Positions 38,322-48,734 are shown, counted from the stretch's first letter. The stretch: DNA of 64,000 nucleotides from a virus (IMGVR_UViG_3300002141_000152:1-64000), one strand, 5' to 3'. The notes: generated by a model from the sequence alone, not told the origin. Translations and numbers: made by a program.

Positions 38322-38908
38322 TAAAATAGATTTGCTTTAGTTAATTGCTGAATTAGTCTTGCTCTAGAAATAGGTACTGGGCAATTATCTTTTTTCACCT
38401 GAGTTACGTCTTCTCCAAAGATAACTTTACCATCTTTTACTTTCACATTCTTGTTTCCACCAGTATTTACATTTGGTGGAACTATTTCTTTTACTCTATC
38501 TTTTAGAGCCTCTAATCTCTTCTTATCTTTAACTGTTTTTGGATTAAGAAGTTTAGACTCATTACTGTCTTTCTTCTGTGCACCCTTATCTACTACCTGT
38601 TTAGGCGATACTAACATTGCTTCTAAACTTTTAAATTGTGGAGTAAGTAGAAGATCTCCTTCGTCTAGTGAAAATGGATTTGAAATTCCATTATATTTCA
38701 ATAGAGCTTCATAATATTGCTGATCTGCATAGAGTCTAATCGACAATAGGTCAGGACGCATTATTTCTTCTTCCTTTACTCGAATAATACCTTCAGAGAT
38801 ACCTGAGTCCTTTTCAAAATCAAATGATGAACTAATTAAGTCAATAATTCGATCTCCGACTGGAGTTGTAAAAATATTCTTTAATCTAAGTAGTCTAGTT
38901 ATTAACAT
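38321..38908 (-). CDS. Baseplate wedge protein (gp53/LysM-like)
   Basis: RPDLLS..LY......LLKYNGISNPF.L.EGD.L..P. Confidence 0.72.
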   Translation of the reverse strand: MLITRLLRLKNIFTTPVGDRIIDLISSSFDFEKDSGISEGIIRVKEEEIMRPDLLSIRLYADQQYYEALLKYNGISNPFSLDEGDLLLTPQFKSLEAMLVSPKQVVDKGAQKKDSNESKLLNPKTVKDKKRLEALKDRVKEIVPPNVNTGGNKNVKVKDGKVIFGEDVTQVKKDNCPVPISRARLIQQLTKANLF

Positions 38909-38909
38909 A

Positions 38910-40826
38910 TTAGTCTTTTGTTTTTAGCTGTCTAAAGTAATCAGGTAGTGAGGGTGACTCTGCAAATTTTGTACCGTATGCTCTAGCAACCTTTGATTTA
39001 AAATAGCTTGCCAATTGATCTGCATTCTTAGTGCTTAACATTCCTTCAATTTCTTTACCAGTTTCAGTATTGACTTCAAATATTTGAGCACTTGATTGCG
39101 CTTGAGTAGGTGCTTGGCTTGCTGGAGTAGCAACATCACTCCTTCCTAGTCTTGCGTTATTTGCGGTGATACTATTGCGTTCTCCATAAGAGTTATATGA
39201 GGCCGATGATTGCGGCAATGCTGTGAATGCCATAGATCCACCACCAAAATTAAACATTGATTCAATATCCTGTTTTGCTCTAGGTCTACCGTGATCTAGT
39301 ATTACTGTGAATGTAACCTCGGTTGGAAAATCATCTAGGCCTAATGAATCTGAAAATTCAATTTTTGTGCTGGTCATGCATAAGTTTCCAATAACAGCCA
39401 GTGGATTCATTGGATTTCCAATAGTTAGGTGCCATTCGCCAACTGCTCTGCCGTCTAAGAATGAACGCATAAGCAGTGGAGTTGCCATTAATTGACTTAC
39501 CCAAGATCCAGCAATATTCTGTGCTGCTCGCGATTTTTGTACAGTAGCTAATACTCCACCCAAGTCTTTATCCGCTACTCCTTGTGCCATACTGCCGACT
39601 GCTTTTGTAAGCTCGGCTGCTTTTCCTTGCAATTGACTTAGCATATATTGAATAACCTCCTGGATTCCGCCAATAAAATCTCCCTCTTCAAATTTCTTAC
39701 TTGGTATTCCAGGAAGAATAAATCCAGTTTTTTGAAAGTATCGGATTCCTCCACCCCAAAATTCTGCTTTGTTATAGGTCAGCGATAAGAAGTTCGTAAT
39801 TAAGTCAAGCATCGCAATTCGAGGATTAATATTTGAAAAAGATCTTAATTTATATGCAAACCTCATAGTAATAGGATGTTTATATGTAAATCCTTGAGTA
39901 CGAATCTTGGTTGTATTAATCACGTTTAGTGGACCTCGAACACGATTCCAATACTGTCCTTCATCACCGTATGAGTCTTTAATCCACTGCTGTATCTTTG
40001 TATCATATCCAGTTGCAGCATATGGATTATCATTATTATTAAACATTGTCGCTAGTAGTATTGCGCGAAGATTTGGATTCTCTGCTTGTGTTATTCCACC
40101 AACATCTAGTATTGCTTCTGCGCCAATTTCATTTCCAGTGACATCTTGTACTTTCGCTGACTTGTCTGCCCAAGTCCACCCATACTCAATTCCAAGTAGG
40201 CTTGATAGTTTATTACCAGTCTCTCCGCCCCACCAAGTTACTGCCTGTGCAATAGGAATTAGCGGCGCTTTTGATTCAGCAATATGAACACTGTCTTCTA
40301 CTGGAATCGGATATCTGCGTAGAGTTAGCAGACGGTTATTTGGTATTTTTCCATACCATTTACACCATAAGAAGTCATTCCATTGATATGGAAGTGCACC
40401 GACTATTGTGTCTCCTTTATTTTGATCTCCACTTGCTGCTGCCCATTCAATTATCTTACCAGCTGTTGGATTTTCAGAGTATGCTTTGTGTTCTTGTATC
40501 GTTTTAACAGGACCTTTTGCACCTGCTTCCGCTTGATTTGCACTACTTATGTCATTTAGATCACGATGATATTCTGGAGAATAGTCTGCACCTCCAATTG
40601 ACCCATACTTTGCATATCTAAATACGTAAAATGGGTTGAATGCAGAATCTGTACCCTGAATAGGATGTGCCTCTCCTCCAGCACCGTCTACTGCTCCATA
40701 TACTTTAGCAGCATATGTGTCCTTCAGCTGAGGCAACGCATCAGTTATGCTAAGTAAATTATCAGTTGACTGTCCTGCTTCACCAGTGTTTGAGCTTCCT
40801 CCAAGTAAGAAATTACCTATAGACAT
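38910..40826 (-). CDS. Probable baseplate/tail-tube initiator protein
   Basis: C-terminal WHLTIGNP.NP...IGNL.......F...LG.DDFP...V.L resembles tube-fold baseplate proteins; late motif at 40842-40852. Confidence 0.5.
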   Translation of the reverse strand: MSIGNFLLGGSSNTGEAGQSTDNLLSITDALPQLKDTYAAKVYGAVDGAGGEAHPIQGTDSAFNPFYVFRYAKYGSIGGADYSPEYHRDLNDISSANQAEAGAKGPVKTIQEHKAYSENPTAGKIIEWAAASGDQNKGDTIVGALPYQWNDFLWCKWYGKIPNNRLLTLRRYPIPVEDSVHIAESKAPLIPIAQAVTWWGGETGNKLSSLLGIEYGWTWADKSAKVQDVTGNEIGAEAILDVGGITQAENPNLRAILLATMFNNNDNPYAATGYDTKIQQWIKDSYGDEGQYWNRVRGPLNVINTTKIRTQGFTYKHPITMRFAYKLRSFSNINPRIAMLDLITNFLSLTYNKAEFWGGGIRYFQKTGFILPGIPSKKFEEGDFIGGIQEVIQYMLSQLQGKAAELTKAVGSMAQGVADKDLGGVLATVQKSRAAQNIAGSWVSQLMATPLLMRSFLDGRAVGEWHLTIGNPMNPLAVIGNLCMTSTKIEFSDSLGLDDFPTEVTFTVILDHGRPRAKQDIESMFNFGGGSMAFTALPQSSASYNSYGERNSITANNARLGRSDVATPASQAPTQAQSSAQIFEVNTETGKEIEGMLSTKNADQLASYFKSKVARAYGTKFAESPSLPDYFRQLKTKD

Positions 40827-40881
40827 TTGTTATATTTCTTTTTATTATTTATTGTGATTAAAAAAAGTATGCAAGTATTAC

Positions 40882-42603
40882 TTACTTACGTTGCATAAAA
40901 TCTGAAAAACTCGAAACTCTACTATTTACCACAGGTTTAGTCGACTTCTTTTTCTTCTTTTTAGTTGCCTTCTTAGTCGTCAACTTTCTACCTGGACCAA
41001 GAAGTGAAAGGGTGTCCATATCGCCAGCCAGACTTCCTGGAGTTTGCATCGTTTGTCCTGGTGATTCAGGATTTACTATTGCTCCTCCAGCGTCGCCTAA
41101 CCCGACCATATCTTCTTTAATCTGTTTCTTATCACCTCCAGGAACGATATTTGCTGTTTTCTCAGCATAATCTCTACCTGCCTGCTTACCGCCAATTGCT
41201 CCGACCGTTCCTCGAACAATTGAGTTAATTCCATTAAATACTGCAATATTTCTTTTACGTGCTTTTTGTGCATTTGCTTCATTACCTTTATCTGGAATAG
41301 CGCCAAGCATACCGGAAATAATTTGGCCTAAACCCTTAAGCACATTTCTAAGCGGGCTCTCCTTCTTACGATCCGCATCAGTTACTGGAAGAGGTACTCT
41401 AACATGCAAAGGTAGACGTATTTCTGGTTTTAATTGAAGTCCACTAAAATTACCAAGATTAAAATCTCTAGAAAGATAGTAGCTCTTAATCTCTTTTTCT
41501 TTTTCTGCGGTAACTGTTGCCAGACGTGCAATATAATTAGTTTCTTCCTTTTCTGCTAATTCGCCGTCTACTGCTCCTTTGATATAACTTAGTGTCCATG
41601 AATTATTCGCCATTAAGTAGGTAAGCTGATCTTCTTCTTTTGGGCTTTCTGTAACTCGGCCATTCGCCTCAAATTCTTTTGCTCTGGTCGCATCTCCTTT
41701 AAATACATATCGTTCAAGCGCAAGAGTCATCCATGGTAAATTCTTCTTTTCAAGAGTCTTGAACATTCTGAATAGTTCACCAGGAGTTTCAATAATATCA
41801 TTTGAGATTGTTGGTAATTTGGCATATTGAATACCTTTAATTAGTCTGCTATCTATAATACGCTTCTTTCTTTTAGTACTTACGCTTTCTTTTTTCTCAA
41901 CGACATCAATCTTTTTTTCTTTTGCATCAATCTTTTCTTTTAAGAATGTCGCAAGTCCAAGAAAATCCATTAGGTCTTTATATCGAAAAAATTTATCAGC
42001 GCCTTCTTCGGTTTCTGGAATATTATCAATCGTAGTACCTTCTGCAGATAATAATTTATCAAAATCAGCAGTTGCTCCAGATTTACATGTCACTATAATT
42101 TTGTCGATTTTTGTCTTGACGCTAGGGTCAACTGTTACTGATTCATTAGTTACCTCAGTTTGTCCAGTAAGTAATCGGTATATTTTTAAGAGTCTCTCAG
42201 TCACAGTTGTATATGATTTAAGTAGAGAGATAAATTTCATCTGATCACGGTCACGATCAATTGATGCTAGTGTATTAACAATACCTTCAGCGGCAGTCTT
42301 TTCTCTTTCTGCAAATTTATTTAAGAAATCAATACGTTTAGCATCAACTACAAGTATAAAGAAATCCTCCAGATGAGCATTTGTATTCTTTTCTAAATAG
42401 TCTAATGGAACAGCATCAAAAGCTTTCTCAAGTCCTTCAAATGATGTATCAATCGCATTTTTGCTATCGATATCACCACCGACGTTTGCTTCAATCTGAT
42501 TTTTAATTGAATTAAAGTCGATTACTGGCGAAGCGGCTACGACTGCTTCGTAGAGTGCTCTGTTTTTATTTAAAGTTAGGTATAAGTATTGAGAAAATCC
42601 CAT
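40882..42603 (-). CDS. Hypothetical late protein (probable start 42603)
   Basis: The ORF track start at 42633 lies within terminator/late-promoter sequence; in-frame ATG at 42603. Confidence 0.6.
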   Translation of the reverse strand: MGFSQYLYLTLNKNRALYEAVVAASPVIDFNSIKNQIEANVGGDIDSKNAIDTSFEGLEKAFDAVPLDYLEKNTNAHLEDFFILVVDAKRIDFLNKFAEREKTAAEGIVNTLASIDRDRDQMKFISLLKSYTTVTERLLKIYRLLTGQTEVTNESVTVDPSVKTKIDKIIVTCKSGATADFDKLLSAEGTTIDNIPETEEGADKFFRYKDLMDFLGLATFLKEKIDAKEKKIDVVEKKESVSTKRKKRIIDSRLIKGIQYAKLPTISNDIIETPGELFRMFKTLEKKNLPWMTLALERYVFKGDATRAKEFEANGRVTESPKEEDQLTYLMANNSWTLSYIKGAVDGELAEKEETNYIARLATVTAEKEKEIKSYYLSRDFNLGNFSGLQLKPEIRLPLHVRVPLPVTDADRKKESPLRNVLKGLGQIISGMLGAIPDKGNEANAQKARKRNIAVFNGINSIVRGTVGAIGGKQAGRDYAEKTANIVPGGDKKQIKEDMVGLGDAGGAIVNPESPGQTMQTPGSLAGDMDTLSLLGPGRKLTTKKATKKKKKKSTKPVVNSRVSSFSDFMQRK

Positions 42604-42631
42604 TTTTACTGAAGTATTTTGATTATTTATC

Positions 42632-42669
42632 AAAAAAAAGAAAGGCGATTAGTTACCGCCTTTTCTTTT
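42632..42669 (-). terminator. Intrinsic terminator
   Basis: Minus strand aaaagaaaaggcg-gtaactaat-cgcctttctttttttt. Confidence 0.7.
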
Positions 42670-42843
42670 GAATTTTGAATATGGTATTACCCACAGCTTT
42701 CGATTTATGTTCTTTTTCACATAATCAAAGATTGAGGTCGCCGGATCGTCTTCTGGGTGCTGCATTACGGAATGTCGTAAGGGTTCTTTACCTTTACGAT
42801 AATTTTCCAAGTTCTTCCAGCTTTCTGGTTTTTCTTTTTTCAC
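42649..42843 (-). CDS. Small basic hypothetical protein
   Basis: ORF track; fills the gap between co-oriented genes. Confidence 0.5.
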   Translation of the reverse strand: MKKEKPESWKNLENYRKGKEPLRHSVMQHPEDDPATSIFDYVKKNINRKLWVIPYSKFKRKGGN

Positions 42844-42853
42844 TGCATTGTAA

Positions 42854-44425
42854 TTATTTTAAAGTTGTATATTCTCCTCGAATAAAGTTAATGTGTTGAG
42901 CCTTTCCATCTTTATGGATAATTACGTGTGACTGTAACCAGCCACTCGCTCCTCTATTATATCCTATTCTAAGATGAGTAGTCGTACCGACTGCAATAGC
43001 TCCGTCTTTTCTTCCAGGAGAGTGATAGTGGCCTACTATTATTTTAGTATTTAATTTTCTGAATTGTAGTAGCGATCCGCGAGTTCCACTGGTTCCAATA
43101 TCTCCATGCTGACCTAATTCCCAACCATTTACGATATAACTATCGTCTCGACCTAGGGTCGTAAATTGTGGAAACTTCTGGTTTATTACAAATGGAATTA
43201 CTCCATTCTTTGCCTCTCCACCTAAAATTGCTGCAGCATACTGCATATATTCTAGTGAATTCTTAGGAGTAACTGCCTTGCGCCAATCTGTGTCCTTCAA
43301 CCATCGGTCTACAAAATCATCATGATTACTTCGAACAATTACTACATTATAGTCTTGGAATTCTTCAAGTCCAACAAGCATCTCGTCAATTTCTTTCTTT
43401 AACGAATTTGTGCCAGACATCTCCTTTTCATATTGAATAAATGGATCCTTTATTTCATGGTGATTTATTGAAGTTCCATCAAATATATCATGTAGGACTA
43501 CATGGTCTGGATGTAGCTTTGCCATCAAGTCAAATGTTGAATCTAACACTCGTGGATCGTGCTTGCCATAGTGTATGTCTCCCCAAACTATTGCAGATAT
43601 TGTATCAGCTCTTGAGATAGTTGATTCCTTTGTCTCTTTATTATATTCTACTCGAGTATATAAGTCACTAAAGTTTCCATCGTCTGTAGCAGTTACTTGA
43701 CGCATGAAAAAAGTTTCGTCGTCTTTTATTTCAACTATTACAAAACCTAAAGTATGATGAAACTCTCCTTTTTTACCTGCTTTAGAATCAGTATAATTTC
43801 GAACAGTACACGCTCCAGTGGTCATCATCATCTTAGGTAGATTACCTTCAAGAACAGGTATTGTTTCCATCTGTACTCTCGGTGAACCAAATACGCATGA
43901 ATTAATACCACTCATTCCTTGTAAACCAGTCATTGGGTCTACTGCCGTTGGCTGAATTTTAACATCTGATAGGATTGAAAGATATTTATGCACATCATGA
44001 CGATTTGCATCTAAATATGGTTCAATTCTTTCTGCCCAATAGTCATAATCTTTATCTATATTTACAGAGGTTGGATTTTTATATCGACCGGCAATCACGT
44101 GAATATCAGCATCATATTCTTCTGCTAATTTTTCAATATTTGCGATAAGTGGCTCATGAACATCAGTATTATTTTGTGCCCAAGTAATAATAAATCTCAT
44201 CTTAGTAAGGTTGATCTCCTTGGTTTTAGCTCGAATAAGCTGTGGCGAGTCTTCTACCTGTTTTGTACTATATCCAAGTTTTGCAATCCAGTGTTGAATT
44301 GTTCGTACAGATCTTTTAAATTTTTGAGAAAGCTGATTTAACCGCTCATCCCACGATATTGATTTGTTAAAGTAAACTTCAGCAATGTGTTCAATATCTT
44401 CTTCTTCTAATTCAGTAAACTTCAT
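42854..44425 (-). CDS. Calcineurin-like metallophosphoesterase with N-terminal HTH (T5 A1-like)
   Basis: GDIH, HDIFDG, SNHD, HGD, GHYHS; AQNNT and KAG.K.EFHH resemble T5 A1-family proteins; N-terminal F.RSVRTIQ.W HTH. Confidence 0.75.
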   Translation of the reverse strand: MKFTELEEEDIEHIAEVYFNKSISWDERLNQLSQKFKRSVRTIQHWIAKLGYSTKQVEDSPQLIRAKTKEINLTKMRFIITWAQNNTDVHEPLIANIEKLAEEYDADIHVIAGRYKNPTSVNIDKDYDYWAERIEPYLDANRHDVHKYLSILSDVKIQPTAVDPMTGLQGMSGINSCVFGSPRVQMETIPVLEGNLPKMMMTTGACTVRNYTDSKAGKKGEFHHTLGFVIVEIKDDETFFMRQVTATDDGNFSDLYTRVEYNKETKESTISRADTISAIVWGDIHYGKHDPRVLDSTFDLMAKLHPDHVVLHDIFDGTSINHHEIKDPFIQYEKEMSGTNSLKKEIDEMLVGLEEFQDYNVVIVRSNHDDFVDRWLKDTDWRKAVTPKNSLEYMQYAAAILGGEAKNGVIPFVINQKFPQFTTLGRDDSYIVNGWELGQHGDIGTSGTRGSLLQFRKLNTKIIVGHYHSPGRKDGAIAVGTTTHLRIGYNRGASGWLQSHVIIHKDGKAQHINFIRGEYTTLK

Positions 44426-44474
44426 CTTTTAGATTATGAATTTGTATATTATATTTGGTTACGAATATCTGGTT

Positions 44475-46406
44475 TTAAATAGTAGGCGTGTCAAGATCTT
44501 CCTCTTTTAGTTTTGGGTCTATTACTTCTGCCGTTACTTCCTCACCTTCAAAAATTGCACTAAATTTTGAAACCGGTTTAGTTTCTTTTTCAGATACATC
44601 AGCTTTAAGTTCTTTTTGTAAATTAAAAAATTCAGAAGCAATTGACTTTGGTACTAGTTTTTTAAACTCAGTAAAATCTGATCTCTTAAGTGAATCAATA
44701 ACTTCATCTGATTTTACAAAACTCGGTAATTCTACCAATTTGAATTCTTTTTCTAAACGTAGTGGAATACTCTTTTTCTTAATATAGTCTAATTGTAAGA
44801 CATAGTCTTTAAGTCGACGCTCGGATGTTCCCCAAAGAGTTGGTGCATACAGAGGTTGAATCGATCCAAGAATTTCTTCAATTTGTCCAGATGCAATTAA
44901 TCTAACATCGATAATTAACTCAGGATATTCTTGTTGAACTTTTTCAAGCATTATTCTAGTCTCCTTCATTGAGAATGGAGATTTCTGATTTTTTTCTTCT
45001 GATTTAAGTGCAACGAAAACTACTTTATTTCCGTTCTTTTCTTTTAATTTCTGAGCTGCTTTAATATGGCCCATCGTTACTGGTTGAAAATTTCCAATTA
45101 ATAAGTTAACTGCAATTGTTTCAGGTTTTTTATGTTTACCTTCAGCTACTTCTCTTTCACTAAGTATTGAGTCATCTGCTGGCGTTCCGATAAATTCACT
45201 GAAACTTGGGAATAAACTTTCATACACTTGATCACCCATAATAATTTTTCTAATTTTAGTAACAATTAGGTTAAGTTGAGTTAGCAAGTCAGCCGTAAAG
45301 AAACCGGAGGATGAGCTCTTTCTGTTACGCCTAAAGAAATTCAGCAGAATTTTATAGATCTCAGCGTAAGTTTCATCTTTAAGTAATTTAATTATCTTTG
45401 GATCGTTAATTAGTGCAGCATCTAATTCGAATTCAGGACGCTTTAAGTAGTCTGGAACTTCTAATCTTAATCCCTCATATTTTCCAGAGTATTCTTTGAT
45501 AAAATCTTTGAACATTGAATTAATTAGTGCAACATATTTCTCATCAAACGTGTCTCCTTTTTCACACATTGTCTCCAATTCAGAAATATCATACATTTCA
45601 AAGAAATTCATTAGGTCAATTACAATCAACCAAATATAATCTTGCGATTTATTTTCTCTAGGCTGAGTTACTTTAGTGTGATTGAATAGTGGGTCTACTA
45701 TCTTTGCTAAAAAGACATTTGTCTCAGACCCATCGTTTGATTCATCATAAAATCTAAAGACAATTGTATCAACACTACCCGTTAAATCACTCTTTAGAAA
45801 AGATGATTCCTGTTGATCGTTAAGAATTGAGATAATATATTTCGTAAATGAACGAGTTTTAAATTTAGTGAAGAGCTCTTCGGATGGTGCATAAACAAAT
45901 TCTAAGATTGATGTTTTTTGTTCATCTGTTAAATTTCCTTCAAAAATAATCGGTGTATGCTCTACTCCTAAATAGTCTGCCCATTTATTAAGTTGCTCTT
46001 TGTTCTGAACTGTCGAAATTACTTTACCTGCATCATCTAATTTATGAATGTAAGAAATAACCAAATTATTTTTTGGAAGACGATCATACTTGTGACTTAA
46101 ATTGTCACCATTTGTAAAATATTCAAATCCAAAATAGAAGTTAGATGGAATACGATTTCTCTTATCATCTGAAAGATTTTCAAAATGTGAAATCGCAGTA
46201 TTATAATATTTCATCAATACTCGGTCAACATAACTAATCTCTCCAGACTTCTTGAAGTATCTAAACTTATCGTCCTTGTTCTTCTTTACTCCAAAGAAAG
46301 TTCCATCTACTTTTTCATTGATTATGACATAGTTATTGAGAAGACTTGTTAAAAATTCTTCACCTCGCTTTTCATATACTTCCTTTAAGTTATTAATTCC
46401 TGCCAT
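44475..46406 (-). CDS. RNA-ligase-like (KxDG) domain fused to a HIGH-type nucleotidyltransferase domain
   Basis: NEKVDGT motif I and FEY at the N-terminus; GNFQPVTMGH...SPF in the C-terminal domain. Confidence 0.65.
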   Translation of the reverse strand: MAGINNLKEVYEKRGEEFLTSLLNNYVIINEKVDGTFFGVKKNKDDKFRYFKKSGEISYVDRVLMKYYNTAISHFENLSDDKRNRIPSNFYFGFEYFTNGDNLSHKYDRLPKNNLVISYIHKLDDAGKVISTVQNKEQLNKWADYLGVEHTPIIFEGNLTDEQKTSILEFVYAPSEELFTKFKTRSFTKYIISILNDQQESSFLKSDLTGSVDTIVFRFYDESNDGSETNVFLAKIVDPLFNHTKVTQPRENKSQDYIWLIVIDLMNFFEMYDISELETMCEKGDTFDEKYVALINSMFKDFIKEYSGKYEGLRLEVPDYLKRPEFELDAALINDPKIIKLLKDETYAEIYKILLNFFRRNRKSSSSGFFTADLLTQLNLIVTKIRKIIMGDQVYESLFPSFSEFIGTPADDSILSEREVAEGKHKKPETIAVNLLIGNFQPVTMGHIKAAQKLKEKNGNKVVFVALKSEEKNQKSPFSMKETRIMLEKVQQEYPELIIDVRLIASGQIEEILGSIQPLYAPTLWGTSERRLKDYVLQLDYIKKKSIPLRLEKEFKLVELPSFVKSDEVIDSLKRSDFTEFKKLVPKSIASEFFNLQKELKADVSEKETKPVSKFSAIFEGEEVTAEVIDPKLKEEDLDTPTI

Positions 46407-46408
46407 AA

Positions 46409-46948
46409 TTATTGGTTCGCTGGGGATTCGTCAGTTGATTCTTTTTCAGGAGAATCTTCGGCTTGTGTATTTAATGCTTTTCTAATACTTTCCGCATCCA
46501 TACTAATTGAAATGCTTCGAACATTATCTGAATCTTCCGCGTTTTGAGTAAAATATTCAATTATTTTTTTTAAATTCATATTTAACTTCTCTTCACCGAA
46601 TCCACCAGCTTCTTCGATCTTTTTCTTTAAGTTAGTAGTTGCTTTCCAGCTACCGTTGTAACTAATTGACCAACAATAGAATCGAACATCCTCACCTTTA
46701 CTTTCATAATAGTGCTGCATGTCTTTAATCTTTTGGATTGCTCCATTTGCATCACGATAGGTAGTTGCTCTACCTAATGTATCTGAAGGAACTCCAAACC
46801 GAACAGCATCTGCTAGTATTTCCATCAATTCGGCAATTCGATCAATTATCTGGTCTGCTGTGTAGCCTTTTAACGGACGCTCAATATTACCTGTGCGCTC
46901 CTCTTCTTCTTTAAGGTATTGTAGGAAGGGCTTAATTTCTTTTGCCAT
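46409..46948 (-). CDS. Hypothetical protein, possible internal head protein
   Basis: IKPFLQYLKEE N-terminus; late motif at 46963-46973. Confidence 0.6.
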   Translation of the reverse strand: MAKEIKPFLQYLKEEEERTGNIERPLKGYTADQIIDRIAELMEILADAVRFGVPSDTLGRATTYRDANGAIQKIKDMQHYYESKGEDVRFYCWSISYNGSWKATTNLKKKIEEAGGFGEEKLNMNLKKIIEYFTQNAEDSDNVRSISISMDAESIRKALNTQAEDSPEKESTDESPANQ

Positions 46949-46965
46949 TTTAAAATGGTTTTTTA

Positions 46966-47577
46966 TTATTTATTAAGAATCGGAGTCACCGAAGATAGAC
47001 CGTTAATAAGTTCACAGAATTCTGTGACGCTAGTGGCATCAAACTTATTCATATAGTTGATAAAATGATTGCTCTTTGGCGGCTGGCTAATATATTTACC
47101 GAATTTATCTAATACTTCTTCAAATATCTTTTTTTCTGCTAAATAATTCTCAAAATTACCAAAATAATCTTTTTCTTGCCTAGTTGGTGCGGGCATGTCT
47201 TTTCTAGTCGCATATAACAGCACACAATTTTGATATAACTCTCCAGTTAGAACTTTTTCAAATTCATCGAGCAATCTAGTCTTATCCATTCTTTCACGAT
47301 AGATTGACCATACATATGCTGAAAAAATCGAACGATCAAAGATCAATATCTTATCTTTTAGGATTGTCCGGTTTAGTTCAAGAATAGTTAGGACATTTGC
47401 AATACTAAAGTAGTGCACTCCTGGGCCAGTTTCCTGGTCTCTCATTCCAAGGTCTTCTATGTACTTTGCAAATGCAAATTTATAGTACATGACATCTGGA
47501 TTGGTATTTTGTTTAAAAAATTCATCAAGCAGGAACGTTTTACCGACTGCCCTAGGTCCTTCGATGAATACTATCAT
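46966..47577 (-). CDS. P-loop nucleotide monophosphate kinase (dNMP/thymidylate kinase-like)
   Basis: IEGPRAVGKT Walker A; IFDRS motif. Confidence 0.75.
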   Translation of the reverse strand: MIVFIEGPRAVGKTFLLDEFFKQNTNPDVMYYKFAFAKYIEDLGMRDQETGPGVHYFSIANVLTILELNRTILKDKILIFDRSIFSAYVWSIYRERMDKTRLLDEFEKVLTGELYQNCVLLYATRKDMPAPTRQEKDYFGNFENYLAEKKIFEEVLDKFGKYISQPPKSNHFINYMNKFDATSVTEFCELINGLSSVTPILNK

Positions 47578-48164
47578 ATTAAGTTTATTCGGGTTGATTC
47601 TGAAAGTTTAAAATTTTCAATACGATACATTTTTGACTTATCGACAATGTATAGTTTAATATTTAGATATGGAACTGATCCAATAGGTCGCGTCAGGTAC
47701 CTTGAAGTATTAAGTCTTTCAAAAAAGTCCTGATACTTGCCTAACTGTTCGATTGAATCTTCAAAAACTTGAATTTCTTCAACCTCTGGCCACATTTTTT
47801 CAAATACTTCTTGTAAAGTAGTCGTTTTATTTGACTTTCTTCCTAGAAAGAACATCTCGTCAAACGATATTCCTCGTTTATCAAGGAGTGCAGTAACAGT
47901 TTCCCGTAGTTCTTCAATACGATGCGTTATTAATATTGATCGAGTTGTGTCAGAGGCTTTACCTTCTTTCCAAGCAGCATACACTGGCTCAATAAGCTGA
48001 ATATAATGTGCTTCTTCAGAAATCGATAGCTGATGATCGTAGAAGTCATATGGCGTATCAAATTTTAGAGTATCTGTTTCTACACAAAGTTTGCCAGTGT
48101 AGCTTGGCATTCTAAAAAAAGTTTCGTCAAGGTCAAATACCTGAAGTATCTTTACTTTGTTCAT
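47574..48164 (-). CDS. HAD-superfamily phosphatase (Swiss-army-knife RNA-repair-like)
   Basis: FDLDET, LITHR, K, FEDS motifs. Confidence 0.7.
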   Translation of the reverse strand: MNKVKILQVFDLDETFFRMPSYTGKLCVETDTLKFDTPYDFYDHQLSISEEAHYIQLIEPVYAAWKEGKASDTTRSILITHRIEELRETVTALLDKRGISFDEMFFLGRKSNKTTTLQEVFEKMWPEVEEIQVFEDSIEQLGKYQDFFERLNTSRYLTRPIGSVPYLNIKLYIVDKSKMYRIENFKLSESTRINLI

Positions 48165-48218
48165 GGTTGTATGTTTACAATATCTTTTATTGATAAATAA
48201 TAAAAAGTTTTAATCTAG

Positions 48219-48692
48219 GTGAAACAAAAGTTCATAAAACTATTCGAAGAACACACAGCAGACACTGCTCCAACCTGGACAGATATTCGCGATACTATTC
48301 AAATGAAACGTCCATTTGTCATCATTGTTTTTAGAACAGTTGCTAGTTTTAAAGAGGCAGTAGCATCATATTTTAGCGAAACTAGTTATATTAAACAGAC
48401 CGCGATTATTAACAATAACGGAGAGGCTACTAAATATCCAAGTATATTTCTAGCGTTTGACCGAGATAAAGATTATCGATCTGAAGTTAAGAGCATATAT
48501 GAAAAATTCGATATTAAACAAATAATTGTTGGTAAATCTGGTGCTGAATATTCTACGCTATATGCACAAGACGGAACCTCAAGCGATTTTGGAAACGAAA
48601 TTGTCTCAACATTAAGCTCAGACGAATTTAGTACTGAGGACCAATTTAAGATCGGTTCAACTTATTACCATTTTATCGAGTTCGAAGGATAA
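48219..48692 (+). CDS. Hypothetical protein
   Basis: ORF track; late motif at 48192-48203. Confidence 0.6.
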   Translation: MKQKFIKLFEEHTADTAPTWTDIRDTIQMKRPFVIIVFRTVASFKEAVASYFSETSYIKQTAIINNNGEATKYPSIFLAFDRDKDYRSEVKSIYEKFDIKQIIVGKSGAEYSTLYAQDGTSSDFGNEIVSTLSSDEFSTEDQFKIGSTYYHFIEFEG

Positions 48693-48734
48693 ACTTTAGC
48701 TTCTTTTTGAGTATAATACTTTAAAGTTTATAAC

